A DNA stretch of 64,000 nt from positions 434,001 through 498,000 of the forward strand of contig CBFDEM010000055.1 of NCBI GenBank assembly GCA_965603825.1, read 5' to 3'. Position numbers and translations under genes: made by a program. The notes below the pieces were generated by a model, which had not been told where the DNA came from, made no database searches, and worked only from the letters and a program-made list of their open reading frames with translations. How positions within the stretch are numbered: position 1 is the stretch's first letter; each line of letters opens with the position of its first letter. Shown in pieces: positions 22,656 through 35,139 of the stretch. The stretch is from Blepharisma stoltei ATCC 30299 (lineage: Eukaryota > Protista > Ciliophora).

Positions 22656-25367
22656 ATGGAGCTCATTAGAAAAAGAATTCACAGGCTCAAAAAACTTATC
22701 TTAGGTATTTTTTTTCTTGGAATTTCTCTTTATTGAATATTTGCTGTTTATATTGATTTATACAATTCAGAAGCTTCGACAATCGACAATCCTGAACAGT
22801 CAACACAATTTATGGAAGCCTTATTTTATGATACAACTACACAAGAAGAAGCATCCTATAAGAATAGCGATGCAAATATTGGAAATCATCAAATAGACGA
22901 CATAAATTCTCCAAAAAATAACTTATCTAGCCATAATGAAGCAGCAGCAATTATCCAAAATTTAACTGAGTCTACATTACCTTGCCAAAACATTAGCATA
23001 TCTAATCCATTACACGAAAAAATAATTTCTTTACCTTTACTTCCAAGCATAAATCTTAAAAATCCCAACATTACTTGTAATCCTCCCATATTTAGTTATA
23101 AACCTAGTCAAATTGCCTTAAAATTCCCATATGCAAAACGGAAATTCAGCTGTGGGGAAGAGGGTGATATTTTTATGATCCAAGAAAATAATATTACAAT
23201 AAATTGTGAAGAAGGCGAAAATCCAGAAATAAGTTTAGGGACAGATCCTGAAGATGAGCTCCTTGAAAGCCCGCTTGCACCAAAATGGAAAGCTTATAAG
23301 GATGCTCAAGATATAGGCAGAACTGAATTTGGGTTTGCTAAATGTGGGAGCGATAAGAGACAAGGGTTTCTTCATAATAAATTTTCTAAATCTGCTTCTA
23401 AAAGAGCACAAGAAAGACGAAAAGCAACAGAGAAGAAGGCAAAAATGACGGAGCCTTCAAAGCCTTTGACTGTTTTAGTTATAGTTTTTGACTCTGTATC
23501 AAGACAGCATTTTTATAGAATGCTGGCTGAAACAGTTAGTTTTATGAATAACAGCATAGCATCTGGGGCATATGCTGAAAATTTTGCTCTATATGATTTT
23601 CAAATTGAGCACTCTATATATATAAACACAATGTCAAATATTATCCCTTTACTTCTTGGAAAACCAGAAGAAGATGCCAAAGCAAAAGTAAAAGGCTTAA
23701 AATTAGCGAATAATTATCAAGAAGATTTTGCTAAAAACCAAAAAGATGCGCTTTGGAAATATTATGAAAATTTTGGATTTGTGACTATGTTTGGCTGGGA
23801 AAACAGGTCAGGGTGGCTGTCAAAGATTATAGGGAGAAAAGTGCTAGCAGACCATGTTGTAAATAATTTATATAGTTCAGCAGGAAAATTAGTAGGCCTC
23901 TGCTTAGGATGTTTAAAAGAAATGTGCCTAGGCAATCATTATTCTCACCAATATTTATTCAACTACACAAAAGAATTTATAGAAAATTACAAAGGCCATC
24001 ACAAATTTGCATATAATCACTATGATACTGGACATGAGGACACAGGATCAGTCATAAAAACAGCTGACAGCGACTTAGCGTCTCTTCTAAAAGATATTTT
24101 AGATTTTCACTCTAAAAATAATGAAGAATTAGCACTATTTTTAACCTCAGACCATGGCTTAGGCGTAGGTATTTGAAGTAGAAATGAAGAAGGTATAATG
24201 GAGCATTTGCTTCCCTTCAATTTTCTAATAGCAAGTAAAAGCCTAATAGAAAAACTCGGCCCAGACACTCATGAAAATCTCCTCCACAACACCCAGCATT
24301 TAACCAGCAAGCAAGATACCCATTTATCACTAAAACATCTAGCTTATGCTCCCTATAAAAAAATCACCAAAAAATCCCAAGAATATAAAAATTTAAAAAA
24401 TGGCCAGACTGCTTTATCTTTATTTTTAGAAAAAATTAAAGATGATAGAAATTGCAAAGATATCGGAAGTGGCTTGGAATGGTGTGCTTGCTTGGATTAT
24501 AAAGAGATTAGCCTTGAAGATTATAAGGATTTAGCTGAAAGAATTGCAGATCAAGGAGCGATAGAAATTAATAAAAAACACAAAAATGAAAGGGTCACTT
24601 ATTATTGTGCTACTATTGAGGTTGGAGAAGTTATTGAGATTAAACGTGAAAATATAGAAAATGTGAAAGGAAAATACAGCGGAGTTTATAAAGTAACTTT
24701 TTCTGAAAAAAATCACCCAAATTATATGGTGACTGTAATAGCTATAGTGCTGCCTAGCGATGAAGCTGAAAATTATGAAGAAGAAGGATACTGATATACA
24801 GGATATGCGGCAATAAAATTAGATTTTAATGGAAAATTACTATCTGTCCGACCTATTCAATTGATAAGAGCTGATGAAGATGAAGATTATTGTTTGGAAT
24901 GACTATCAAGTTTTCGCTGGTGGAAGCGGTTTTGTCTATGTACAAGCTCAAAAAACTATAATATTACGTCAACTCCTTCGCAAAAAGATAAGAATTTTTA
25001 TGAAAAATTACTAAAAATTCCTTATATGGTAATAGGAGAAAGCGGAAAGTCTTGCAATGAAGCGTGCAATAAGGAAAGTAGATTCTGCCAAAAATGGGGA
25101 CTGGAAGTAACAAATAATATTGAGCTTTTAAAAGAGCCATGGAAAAATCAAATAAATTCGTATAAGATACTTATGGATGGAGAATATAAGTGGCTTAAAG
25201 ATTTAAAAATCAAGGATATAGAAGCTGGAGATGTGCCTGGCTTGAAATACCAGAACGGAACTTATAGATTTGTCCAAGGAAATTGAGACAACTTAAGCTG
25301 TAATTCTGAGCAAGAAGGCGTAAGACCAATTTGCGCATGCTCTGCACACAAAATAGAAGTCTCGTAA
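22656..25367 (+). CDS. DUF229-family (alkaline phosphatase/sulfatase superfamily) type II membrane protein with Cys-rich C-terminal module (~903 aa)
   Basis: N-terminal TM; VIVFDSVSRQHFYR, GHED, LTSDHG and EHLLPF motifs; three track ORFs in one frame linked by TGA; TAA at 25365. Confidence 0.8.
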
Positions 25368-25529
25368 TAAATTAAAATTTTATAAGCTTTAAATAATCCT
25401 TGAACGATAATTAGCAATCCCAATTTTAAAAATTATGATATTAAAATGTTTCTTTAGCGTTTCATTCTTTAAATATAGAAAATTTAATTTATATAGTTTT
25501 TAAAATCATAACATAATCTATTAATTTGA

Positions 25530-26336
25530 TTATTTTGCTTGAATTAGCCTCATATACTTTGACTGTATCATCAGCTTCTTTGATTTATGTATATACTTAT
25601 CAGCTGTAATTTCTCCATCCATAAACTGTTTCCTCAAGTCCTGCAGCTCCTGGTTCACCGCTGTCTCTTTTCTCTTCAAATCTTCAACAACCCCTTGCTG
25701 GTCCACTCTTACTGAAATCTGTTGACTTTCATTCACCAGTCTTCCAAACTGTTTTGTCAGCTCATCAATTTCGCTAATTTTGCTTCTATTTTCATTGACG
25801 ATTTTATCTATTTCTGCCTTTTTTGATAAAATAAATTCTGTCTTCTCTATGACCTCATTTAAAAGCTTATCCCTTTCTTCTGTGAGATTGATAGCTTTTT
25901 GGACCCTTGTATATATGACATCTCTCATATCTTCTTCATCTTCTACAGGCATTGGATTTTTGCGTAAAATTTCTGTGAAGTTTGGCAAGTCTTCTTGTTG
26001 AGGAGGCTTTATACGTGGAGGATCTTTCATAAATGCAGAATGGATATTTTGGATGACTGCTAGAAGAGGGGTTCTGGATGTCCAGATTTTTTCTTCTGGG
26101 TAATTAATTTTGAAATTTTCACCAATTAGGGCATGCTCGACTGGAGAGGCTACAAAAATAGAAGGAGGGGCGGAAGGAAATTGTTTTGGGAAATAAAGTG
26201 AAATATATAGTGCACCCATTTGGAGCTGTAATAAAATTTCGTAGCCTCCGTTGTGGCCTTGTCGGATTTCTGGGTAGCGCTGCCTGATTTGTGCCATGGC
26301 CTGATGCTCATTGCTGATAGTCCCTGGGTAAGCCAT
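25530..26336 (-). CDS. ESCRT-I subunit, VPS37A-like (UEV-like domain + coiled coil + Mod(r)-like C-terminus)
   Basis: ISLYFPKQFPSAPPSIFV..IHSAFMKDPP is UEV-like; C-terminal QFMDGEITADKYI; VPS23/TSG101 not excluded. Confidence 0.65.
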   Translation of the reverse strand: MAYPGTISNEHQAMAQIRQRYPEIRQGHNGGYEILLQLQMGALYISLYFPKQFPSAPPSIFVASPVEHALIGENFKINYPEEKIWTSRTPLLAVIQNIHSAFMKDPPRIKPPQQEDLPNFTEILRKNPMPVEDEEDMRDVIYTRVQKAINLTEERDKLLNEVIEKTEFILSKKAEIDKIVNENRSKISEIDELTKQFGRLVNESQQISVRVDQQGVVEDLKRKETAVNQELQDLRKQFMDGEITADKYIHKSKKLMIQSKYMRLIQAK

Positions 26337-26473
26337 TTATTAAGCTAAATTTTATTTGCAAATCTAGTAGACTAAATATTCAGTTTTTATATTTTCTTAA
26401 AAATTGATAATGCAGCTCTCTATTATGATAGAAGCTCTTATAAGTATGATTTATACTAATTAAGATGCATTAA

Positions 26474-27910
26474 TTAAAACATTCTGCAAGTTGTAGATGA
26501 CTGCTGCATTTCGCTCTTCTTTGCCTGTTTACTCAAGCTTTTCAGCTTCCCCATAATCTTTTTCCTGTCTTTTACTCCCTCGATCCCTATTTCATCCTTC
26601 AGAAGTTTTTCATTTATAATAAACTTTGATTTCATCTGCTCAACTAAAAATTCCAATTCATCATATCCCGCTTCATAAAATTTTTCATATAAATTCCCCA
26701 GTCCTAACGACTCTAATATCTCTTTTAGCGTTAAATCATTATGCTCTATTTTTGGGAAAATACAGCATTTCCAGAACGTTGACTCAATAATAATGCTTTC
26801 GTTTACATATGAATTATTTAAAAATTCTTCTGGGGAATTTTTTGCTTTTTCAAGCATAAAAAGCAGCCTTTTCTGATGCCCTGGCTTAGAAATTCCAATA
26901 TTTTTGAGCATTTCTGCAGTTAGTGGCAAAGGCGTGCTCATTTGGTTTATTAGGCTATCAAAATCGTCAAATCCTGCATTTACTAAATTTGAAAAATAAA
27001 TGTCAAGCTTAATGTTTATCAGAAACTCGTAAAGTTTGTCGTTTTCTTTTACCAAAATAGAAATTTCTCGGCTTCCAGGCTGAGAAATTGATTTTTGGTT
27101 AGCCCCAAGAGTGGTGTCAGCTGTTCCACAAGATTTGAGGTATTTTGAAAAAGGCGTCGGAGGACTTGAATAAACCTTGTTTGTAGGGCTCATGGCTATA
27201 GAAGCTAAAGAGGACTGGCACTGTAAAGATGGTAAGCTTGAAATATCTTCTTCGCTAGACCTGGCTTCTCTTATAGCACAAAGCCCTGTATTAGCATCAT
27301 ATTCCACATTTTCACTTCAATCATCTAAAATTTGTTGAATTTTTTGTATCTTAGCTAGGCTTGAAGGAGTATTCCCTTGCTTATCTTTTATATCAGGATT
27401 TGCACCATGAGAAAGCAAAAGCTTGATAATTTCTAAATGGCCGTTTTCTGCTGCAATGTGCAAAGGGGACTGGCCCAATTGAAAATTTAAAGAATTTGGG
27501 TCCGCATAATTTTGTAGTAAAATATTGACTGTTTTGGCATCTCCTCTATATGTCGCGTTGTGTAAAGGAGTTTCGCCTTCTAGATTCGCATTTTTGGGGT
27601 CTGCCCCGTGGCTTAGAAGAAGCTTGACGGTGTCATATTCAAAATTATCAGCTGCTATGTGTAATGGGGTTTCCCCTAGGTTGTTTGGAATATTTGGGTC
27701 GGCTCCTAAATGCAAGAGAAATTCTGTTTTTTTATAGTTATTTGACATTACTGAAGAAAAAAGCTGTGTAGAGCCTAAACGGCTATCCTGGCGGTTCAAA
27801 TACTCTGGATCAGACTTAATTAGTTCTCTGAGAGAAGCAAATTCTTCAGAGGATGCATTTAGTGAACTGTTATCATTGTTTGTGGTTCCTTCATTTTCAA
27901 TACTTTGCAT
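26474..27910 (-). CDS. Ankyrin-repeat + tandem SAM domain protein (~478 aa)
   Basis: GETPLH ankyrin repeats, joined via TGA(W) at 27317 to two SAM-like domains (LKNIGISKPGHQKRLL; LKDEIGIEGVKDRKKIM). Confidence 0.82.
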
Positions 27911-27954
27911 TTTGTATTAAAATGATAAATAATGGAGTTATCAAGATAAAAAAG

Positions 27955-30456
27955 TTAGATTATTAGTAAATATAATAAGAAAACCAACAAAATTGTAGCT
28001 ATGATTGAGGATTTATTAAGTATTTTAATGTCTTCTTCATAATTTTTGTGTTTTTTGGGGAGGGGGTTTGAATTTAAGTGCCTTGGGGAGCTTACAAATA
28101 GTTTGCGGTATGAATATAAAAACGGTTGGATTTTTATTTCTCGAGTGATTACAGATTTTTTTCTTAGTTTTTGCTCAGCTATTCCTATATTTTTTCTTAT
28201 ATTTTGTATATGAAATTCACAGTCTCCAATATCCTTTTTTATAATTGTAATATTTTCTTTTATTTTCAATTTATCGTCAGATATTTGTGAAAACTTAAGC
28301 TGAAGCTTCTTCATTTTTTCTGACTCCTGCTTATTTTTTGCTATAACGATGATATACTTATTGTGTAAAGCTGCATTTTGAGCTCTCAAAGATAGCAATT
28401 TTTCATTTGCTTGAAAAATATAAGCATTAGCATCTCTGAGTTTATAATTAAATAAAGCAAGCTTTTTGTCATATGATAAAGCATACTCCTTAATCCTATA
28501 TCTTAACAAGTTTGTATTATCAAAATTTAATACTTGCTTTCCTCTTAATTTTTCAATTTTTTGTATGTTTTCCTTTATTTTTTTGGTTAACTTTCTGATT
28601 AGTGATCATTTTTTCAAATCGTTTCAATATTGAATGTGCCAATAAGAATAGTCCAATCTTTTTCTCATTAAAATTGTAATAGAAATACCTATTTTTCGGG
28701 CTCCAAATTCACGAATTTTTATGATTTCATTTACCTCTTTTCATCTCAAAAATGAAATTTTAATTGTTTTAAAAAAAGCAGAAAATACAATTCTAGCAGC
28801 TTTTAGCTCATCCTTAGAAACACAGGTTTTGGAGATTTTTGATAATTTTGTATATAAAATATTGTTTTTTCATTGCTTTAACACATTAGAAGCTACAGAT
28901 TTTTCTAGCCTAAGCTGGCTTTGGCTTATTTTTCTAGCTCATATTTTATGTGATTGGGATTTTAATAGATTTTGTGTAGAAATTTCATTTTCTTCAGCCA
29001 TTGAATTTAATTTTAATCTCAAAAATGCATGAACTATAAGACTGCTTTGATAATTTTTGAGAAAATTGATAATATTCAATAAATTGATAGCATACAATTT
29101 TTCATAATTACTCTTTTCATTCAATGAGTAATTTTTCAATCTATCAAAAGCTAGCTTTATCATTAAATTGCATTTTATATTTAATTTCTCTGCTCCATTT
29201 CTAACATTTTGTTTTTTAATTATTCCTTTCTCATTTTCTGTATAAAATGATTCTACTATTTCATTTGATTTCTGCATAGCATAAATTCTTATCAATAAAA
29301 ACGACTCTGACTGATTTTTCCTCTCAATAATTTTTTGGATTTTTTGGACAACTTTTATGATTTTGCATATAAGTAGCTTTTTATTCTGAAAATATTCTTT
29401 TTCTTCTATTTTTTCTCACATAATTGTTGTTTTCAGCTTGCCAAAAGATATAAATTTATTTGATCATTTTTTAAGCGATTCTCATTTGCATATGAGCAAA
29501 ATTCCATAATTAACTTTTGATAAAGCCTGATACTTAAATTCTCTGTTTTCATTCTTTTGAACATAAAAACTTCTATACACCTGGATATTTTGGTTATTTC
29601 TAAATTTTGCTTCAATTAAACTAGCCCCTAGCTTTATCCTCATCATCCTCATTTTTTTCAATTCCAATTTAAATGCTCATCAAATAAAATAATTCCTAGC
29701 CCTACAATTTTTGAAATAATTCCTCTCCTGATTTCTATCTTCTATCGTTTTATTTTTCGCCATAACCTGCAATGTTTTTAAAACCTCTTTCCTTTTAACT
29801 ATCATCACCAAATATTTGAATGTAATTTCTCTATATTTCTCTGCTGAATTTCTGTATTTATCTACCTTTAAATTAGCTTTCTTTATTTTCCCCAGTCCTT
29901 TTTTTATCCTTTCATTCCTCCTATTTTCCAAAAATTCAGCAAATTTAATAACAGCTCGATTAAATTTCTGAGGACTTAAAACTTCTGCTTCTAGAGACTC
30001 ATTTGAATTTAAGCTGCTTATCTCAAAAGTAGTTGTGTTGTCAGTAGAACTTTCAAAAGGAAATTCTTCTCTTTCTCCTAACATATTTCAAGTAATGACC
30101 CTAGTCACTCTTTTGATTTCTTCATTTTGGAAGATTTGGTATTTTTCTATATTTTCTTTTAAATATTCATTAAATCGATCACCGAAGTTAGGATTTAGCT
30201 CAGGGGATAGAGGGTTTTCTCCGTTTAATAAGCAATCAATGTATTTTGCGTAGTTGTCGGCGTCGAAGTCTTCTATTCTTTTATCATAAAATAGATCTTC
30301 GATGTAGTTTCTTATGGATTCTAGCAGGTGAGGAGAGTTTGTGAATAAATTTCGTAGAGAATCATCGAGCTGTTTTTTCTTGTTGATAAAAGTTTGAATG
30401 TCGCTGATTTCACTTTCAAGGACTTCATATAGCATTTCTTTAATTTCAGCTTCCAT
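27955..30456 (-). CDS. Basic helical/coiled-coil protein with Sfi1-like Trp motifs and C-terminal TM anchor (~833 aa)
   Basis: Five track ORFs lie in one frame, separated only by TGA; repeated (F/L)xxW(K/E) motifs; hydrophobic C-terminus IIATILLVFLLYLLII. Confidence 0.68.
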
Positions 30457-30660
30457 TTTATATAAAATTTGCAATTTTTTAGAGTTTTCCTCTCAACTAA
30501 ACACAAAAATCCTAAAAATTCCTTAATTTATAGCAAAGATATGATGCTTTAATATAGGAAATATCCCTCTAATGGCACCCAAAGCACATTTTTGTTATTT
30601 TATTTATAAGTTTTACATTAGTTAAATATAAAAACCTAAAATCTTTTAAATGAGATATAA

Positions 30661-31515
30661 ATGGACTACAGAAATAACCCAAACGAAAGATTGCTAGGGT
30701 CTTCTCCTTATCCTCTAGTAAACTGCGCTTACACATTAGGAACTCCAGAAGAAGCTCGATCAGAAACCTTTTGGCAGATGCTCACGAAGATTGCGTGTCC
30801 TTTTTTTGCAGCAAAGACCTTTATTTCCTTTATCACTATCTTTCAAATTACTTTATATATCATTTCAGTCGCTTACGACCCTAGTGAAGAATCATTATTT
30901 CGGCCTTCTTATGAAGCACTAAACGATCTAGGTGAAAGAAATGCTACAAAGTTGCAGAAATTCCAAATTTGGAGGTGGATTACACCAGTTTTACTTCATG
31001 CAAGTCTTTCCCACTTGATATTCAACATGATTATGCAATTAATTCTTGGCACAAGACTAGAACCAACAGTGGGGATGAAAAAAACTTTATATCTTTATTT
31101 CTTATGTGATTTCGGTGGAAATTTGTTAGGAGCGATACTAGACCCTAACGCAAGAGCTGTAGGGGCGTCTACTTCAATTTTTGGGATGATTTCTGCAATG
31201 ATAGCATGGGTGCTTATGAATTGGCATAGTTTAGAAGGAAACGCATATAGAGTTATCACACTATTGGTATTATTGATTTTAATGATCATGAGCCTTATTA
31301 CTGGAATTGTAAATCTTATGTAGGTTTCTACACAAACGGATAATTCAGGCCACTTTGGAGGAATGATTGTGGGATTTATTGCTGCTTATGCAATTTTCGA
31401 CTATATTGGACAAGTTTCAGATAAAGACAGACTGTGGAAAACTTGTGCAAAGGCGGCGATTTTGGCGTATTTTGCAGTAGGGCTGATATATTTTTATGGG
31501 TTTATGGTAATTTAA
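30661..31515 (+). CDS. Rhomboid intramembrane serine protease, 1 intron
   Basis: QIWRWITPVLLHASLSHLIFN and VGASTS (catalytic Ser); catalytic His (DNSGHFGG) lies after 15-nt intron 31309-31323. Confidence 0.9.
31309..31323 (+). other. 15-nt intron GTAAATCTTATGTAG
   Basis: GT-AG, A at position 10, in-frame TAG; removal restores the rhomboid His helix. Confidence 0.88.
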
Positions 31516-31564
31516 TGATTATTTGAATAGTAAAACTATTAAAAATTAGTCTAAGCTCATTAAG

Positions 31565-32977
31565 TTACCTAGAAAATTTCTCCATTGCTTGAGATATCCA
31601 TTGGTTTATCATCGCTACCTCTCTGGAGCGTGCATAAAGCACAGACTGAGGGTCTCTTGGGTTTGGCGTTCTTAAATCTAAATGGTGAGCTCCTCCTTTG
31701 ATTCCTATAACTGTTGTTTGGTCATTAATAGGCTCTTGAATGCACCCGCCTCCCCATGGATCTAAAGTTCCATAAGTAAACACAATATTTGAAGCTGAGG
31801 CCAAGGTAATATTTACGTCATTTGTCCCCATTCCATAGTTAATAGGCGCCCAATCAGGTCTTGGCGACACTCCAAAGAGGCCTTGACACATTTTGGCCCA
31901 TTGTTGATAATTCCAAGGTCTTACTGGATACATGTCATTTGGCAGCCCATATTGTCCGATTGGGAAAATCAGCTCAGTGCAGGTCTGATAGGTCCATGGC
32001 TCAAGCCCACTTCCACCTCCATATAAATCATAGCATGTTAAATTTCCAGTCGAATTATAAAACAAGTTATTAATCTGGGCAAATCCCATGAGTGCTTGCC
32101 ACATGTTTTCGTTTTGAGAGAACTGGGACATGATAGAGCAGGACACGTTAACAGGGAAACCTGGCAAAAGACTGTCTACGTTTGTAGGGTAAGGGTAGTC
32201 AAATTGTGCCATTCCCTGAAAAGCGTCTGCTATAAAATCTTCTAAAGCTAGAACGTCACCTTGTTCTTGTATTGACTGGCAAGGGTTAAAAATGTTTTCA
32301 AGGGCTGTATAAACTAAAGGTCTGTCAATAAAATTGTCTAGGATTAAGAAACCATTATGAATGTTTCCTTCGCAGTCTCTGTCCACATTAAAGTAATCAT
32401 TTGTACTGATCCTTGCATATGAGGTCCCATTTACGTCTAATGGCATTAGGACTGGTGCTGAGCTTGCAATGGCGCCGTCTACGAATTGTGGGTATTTAAT
32501 TCTAAAATAGGCAGCTAACATCCCACCGTAGGAGCCTCCAAATACAATAACAGGTGTGGAGTTGCTTGGCTTAAGCTGCTGGATAATGTCTGCAAAGTCC
32601 CATAAGACTTGGTCGGTGCTCAGATATTTCCAACTAAATGGACTTGGAATTGATTCCCCATAATATCTATGCTCAATAAATGCAACTGAAGCATTGTACT
32701 GTGGGCCTAAAGTTCCTACAAGCCACCCAGTCATTTGATAAAATTGAGTTATTGGGCCTTCATTACCTGTGTATACAAAGAGAGGAGCTGTTGGGCTGCC
32801 TTGACTATAGAGAACACGGATATTTATTGTGCCTGGATCCCTGTTTATATGGTCAAGGTCCTCTGTAAACCAAAGTGTTTGATAATTTGGGCCAATATCA
32901 AGTGGACCTTCATAGTTAAGTGGTGACAGGCGTTTTGATAAAACTCCTAAGAAAAGTAGGAAGATAAGTGGCACCAT
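31565..32977 (-). CDS. Serine peptidase family S28 (lysosomal Pro-X carboxypeptidase/DPP7-like)
   Basis: Signal peptide; YTGNEG, EHRYYGES, FGGSYGGMLAAYFRIKYP, LDPW and GAHHLDLR motifs. Confidence 0.92.
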   Translation of the reverse strand: MVPLIFLLFLGVLSKRLSPLNYEGPLDIGPNYQTLWFTEDLDHINRDPGTINIRVLYSQGSPTAPLFVYTGNEGPITQFYQMTGWLVGTLGPQYNASVAFIEHRYYGESIPSPFSWKYLSTDQVLWDFADIIQQLKPSNSTPVIVFGGSYGGMLAAYFRIKYPQFVDGAIASSAPVLMPLDVNGTSYARISTNDYFNVDRDCEGNIHNGFLILDNFIDRPLVYTALENIFNPCQSIQEQGDVLALEDFIADAFQGMAQFDYPYPTNVDSLLPGFPVNVSCSIMSQFSQNENMWQALMGFAQINNLFYNSTGNLTCYDLYGGGSGLEPWTYQTCTELIFPIGQYGLPNDMYPVRPWNYQQWAKMCQGLFGVSPRPDWAPINYGMGTNDVNITLASASNIVFTYGTLDPWGGGCIQEPINDQTTVIGIKGGAHHLDLRTPNPRDPQSVLYARSREVAMINQWISQAMEKFSR

Positions 32978-33423
32978 TTATTTCACCTAATGACTCAAAA
33001 GTGAAGAATCTAGAGTAGACAGGCAATTTAACAAATCAGCTGTAAATGATAATGTTATTGATAGATGCTATATTAAACCCACAAATTGAAATTATAACAT
33101 ATTTTATTTTATAAATTATGATGTATCTAAATTGAGCTAAATTTAATTTAAAAATTATTATTAATTGCGGAATTAATCTTATAAATAATAATTAATCTTC
33201 GCTTAATTAGCTTATTTAAACGATAGTTATATTACTCTTTTGATTTGAGCTCTTATATTTAAAGTAGATCTAGGTCTCAGTATTATTTTACTTCTTTTAT
33301 GCATTTTTGAATAAAAATAAGATGCCATTGTTTATTATTTTTAACTTTAAGCCTCAATTATTTTAAAATTTTTTTAATTATTAAATTTAGAGCTTTAGAT
33401 ATTTATTAATTACAACCTTTATT

Positions 33424-35091
33424 ATGGAAACATCAAAAAGCCAAGGCTTGTTTATAATCATTGAAGGAGAAAAAATCAATCTTGATAGCTCAATTCTCAG
33501 TGAAATTAATGCAAAACTCCCAATCACACTACCTCACTATATAAATAAAACCCACTTTTCTCAGTTTCTCTATCTTTGCTCTTCCACCAAACCAAACCTC
33601 CAAGATCACGATGTATTATGTAAAGCCTTCGAAATTTTTACAATTCTTCAGCACTCAAATAGCGTCAAAATAGCTCAAAACTGTATAATTCAAAAACTCA
33701 ACAAAAAATCCTCACTCATTTTCTTTGATGAAGCCGTTAATCAGCTAAAGAATGAAAATCAAGAAGCTTGAAAAGACATTTATGAAGCCTGTCTAGCAAA
33801 AATTGATGACTATATATTATCATATACGAAAAATGATTTTTCTAAGCTGTCAGCTGACTCTATAGAAGTCTTAATTGGTATTTATTATTCTCAGCCTATC
33901 GCTTCTTCATTAATTCTCGCATTAAAAAATAAACGAGAAGCCCTTGGAATTTTAGATTTATTAGTTAAAGAAGAATCTACTTCAGTTAGGCCTAATGATT
34001 CTTATGATATTGAATTCTGCTGAAATCTGTCTAAGGAAAAGTCAAATAATTACTTAGAAAGTGAACCATTTTTGCTTGATTTTTTGAAATTTTCGCTGAT
34101 TTTAATCAGATTTCCTAACGAAAGCAAGTGTGAGCTCTACCTTCAGCTGTCAAGAAACAATGAAGAACAAAGGATAATATCCATAAGCTATAGCTTACAA
34201 ATTTCAGATAAATCCAGTTTTGAAACGCTGAACTTGATATCAGGACCAAATTCCCAATTTTTGATCAGCTCCTTTGGCTGCGACTCAATCAATACTCTTC
34301 CAAGCAGCAAAATTGCTTTAAAAATAGAAAAAATCCCTTCAGCAATCCTCAATTGCATAGCTAAAAACCCTAGTGAAACTTTATTAATAGAAGACCTGAC
34401 CCTGCTTCCTCGCACCAAGCTTAGCCTTCTATTAAGATTTAAACATTTAAAAATAACTAATGAAGACGATGCCTTGGAGCTTGTCGGAAGATTTATCCAA
34501 GAAAACCAAATTTCTGACGATTCTTTATCAGATTTATTATCTCCTTTAAAATGGGAATTTATTACCCTAAATTCTCTATTTAAAGCTGTTTTTGCGTATC
34601 CTGAGCTAAAGAAGTCTCAATATTTTATACAGAAATTCAAAGAAGAATTGCTAATAAAAGGATGTGGGGAAGCAAGGAAACATAAAGAAAAACCAAGGCT
34701 TAGTTATGAGAAAAGAATCAAGGAGGACTCAGAAATTTTCGATGAGTTGTGCAGCTGTATTTTTAAAAATGAGGAAGAGCCAGAAATAAGAGAAAGTGAA
34801 ATTGTATATTTGAGCGACATGATTGGACAGAAAGAACAGGAACTACAAAATTTGAAAGGATCTTATCACTCTCATTCTTTTACTCTGGGAACGAGCACTC
34901 CAGACAGCCTACAAACGAAATTGCATGAAGAAATTTCCGATTTCCCTGAGTTTCCTCAGATTTCTCCGATCAGAAAGCCTCTAAAAGTATCATCCCCACT
35001 AAACCCTATCCCAGAATTTATTCCTCAAGTAAAGCCAGACACTACAGATACCGCAATTCTTTCTTTGCTCAATAAGCTTGAATTGCTCTAA
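33424..35091 (+). CDS. Hypothetical protein with BTB/MATH/BACK-like segments (~555 aa)
   Basis: ORFs 33424-33771 and 34072-35091 are in frame via two TGA(W); BACK-like LKITNEDDALELV..LKWEFI; domain call weak. Confidence 0.6.
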
Positions 35092-35139
35092 CCTCCTATA
35101 AATATTTTAATTCAGCTTGATTAAATCTAATATTTTTTA

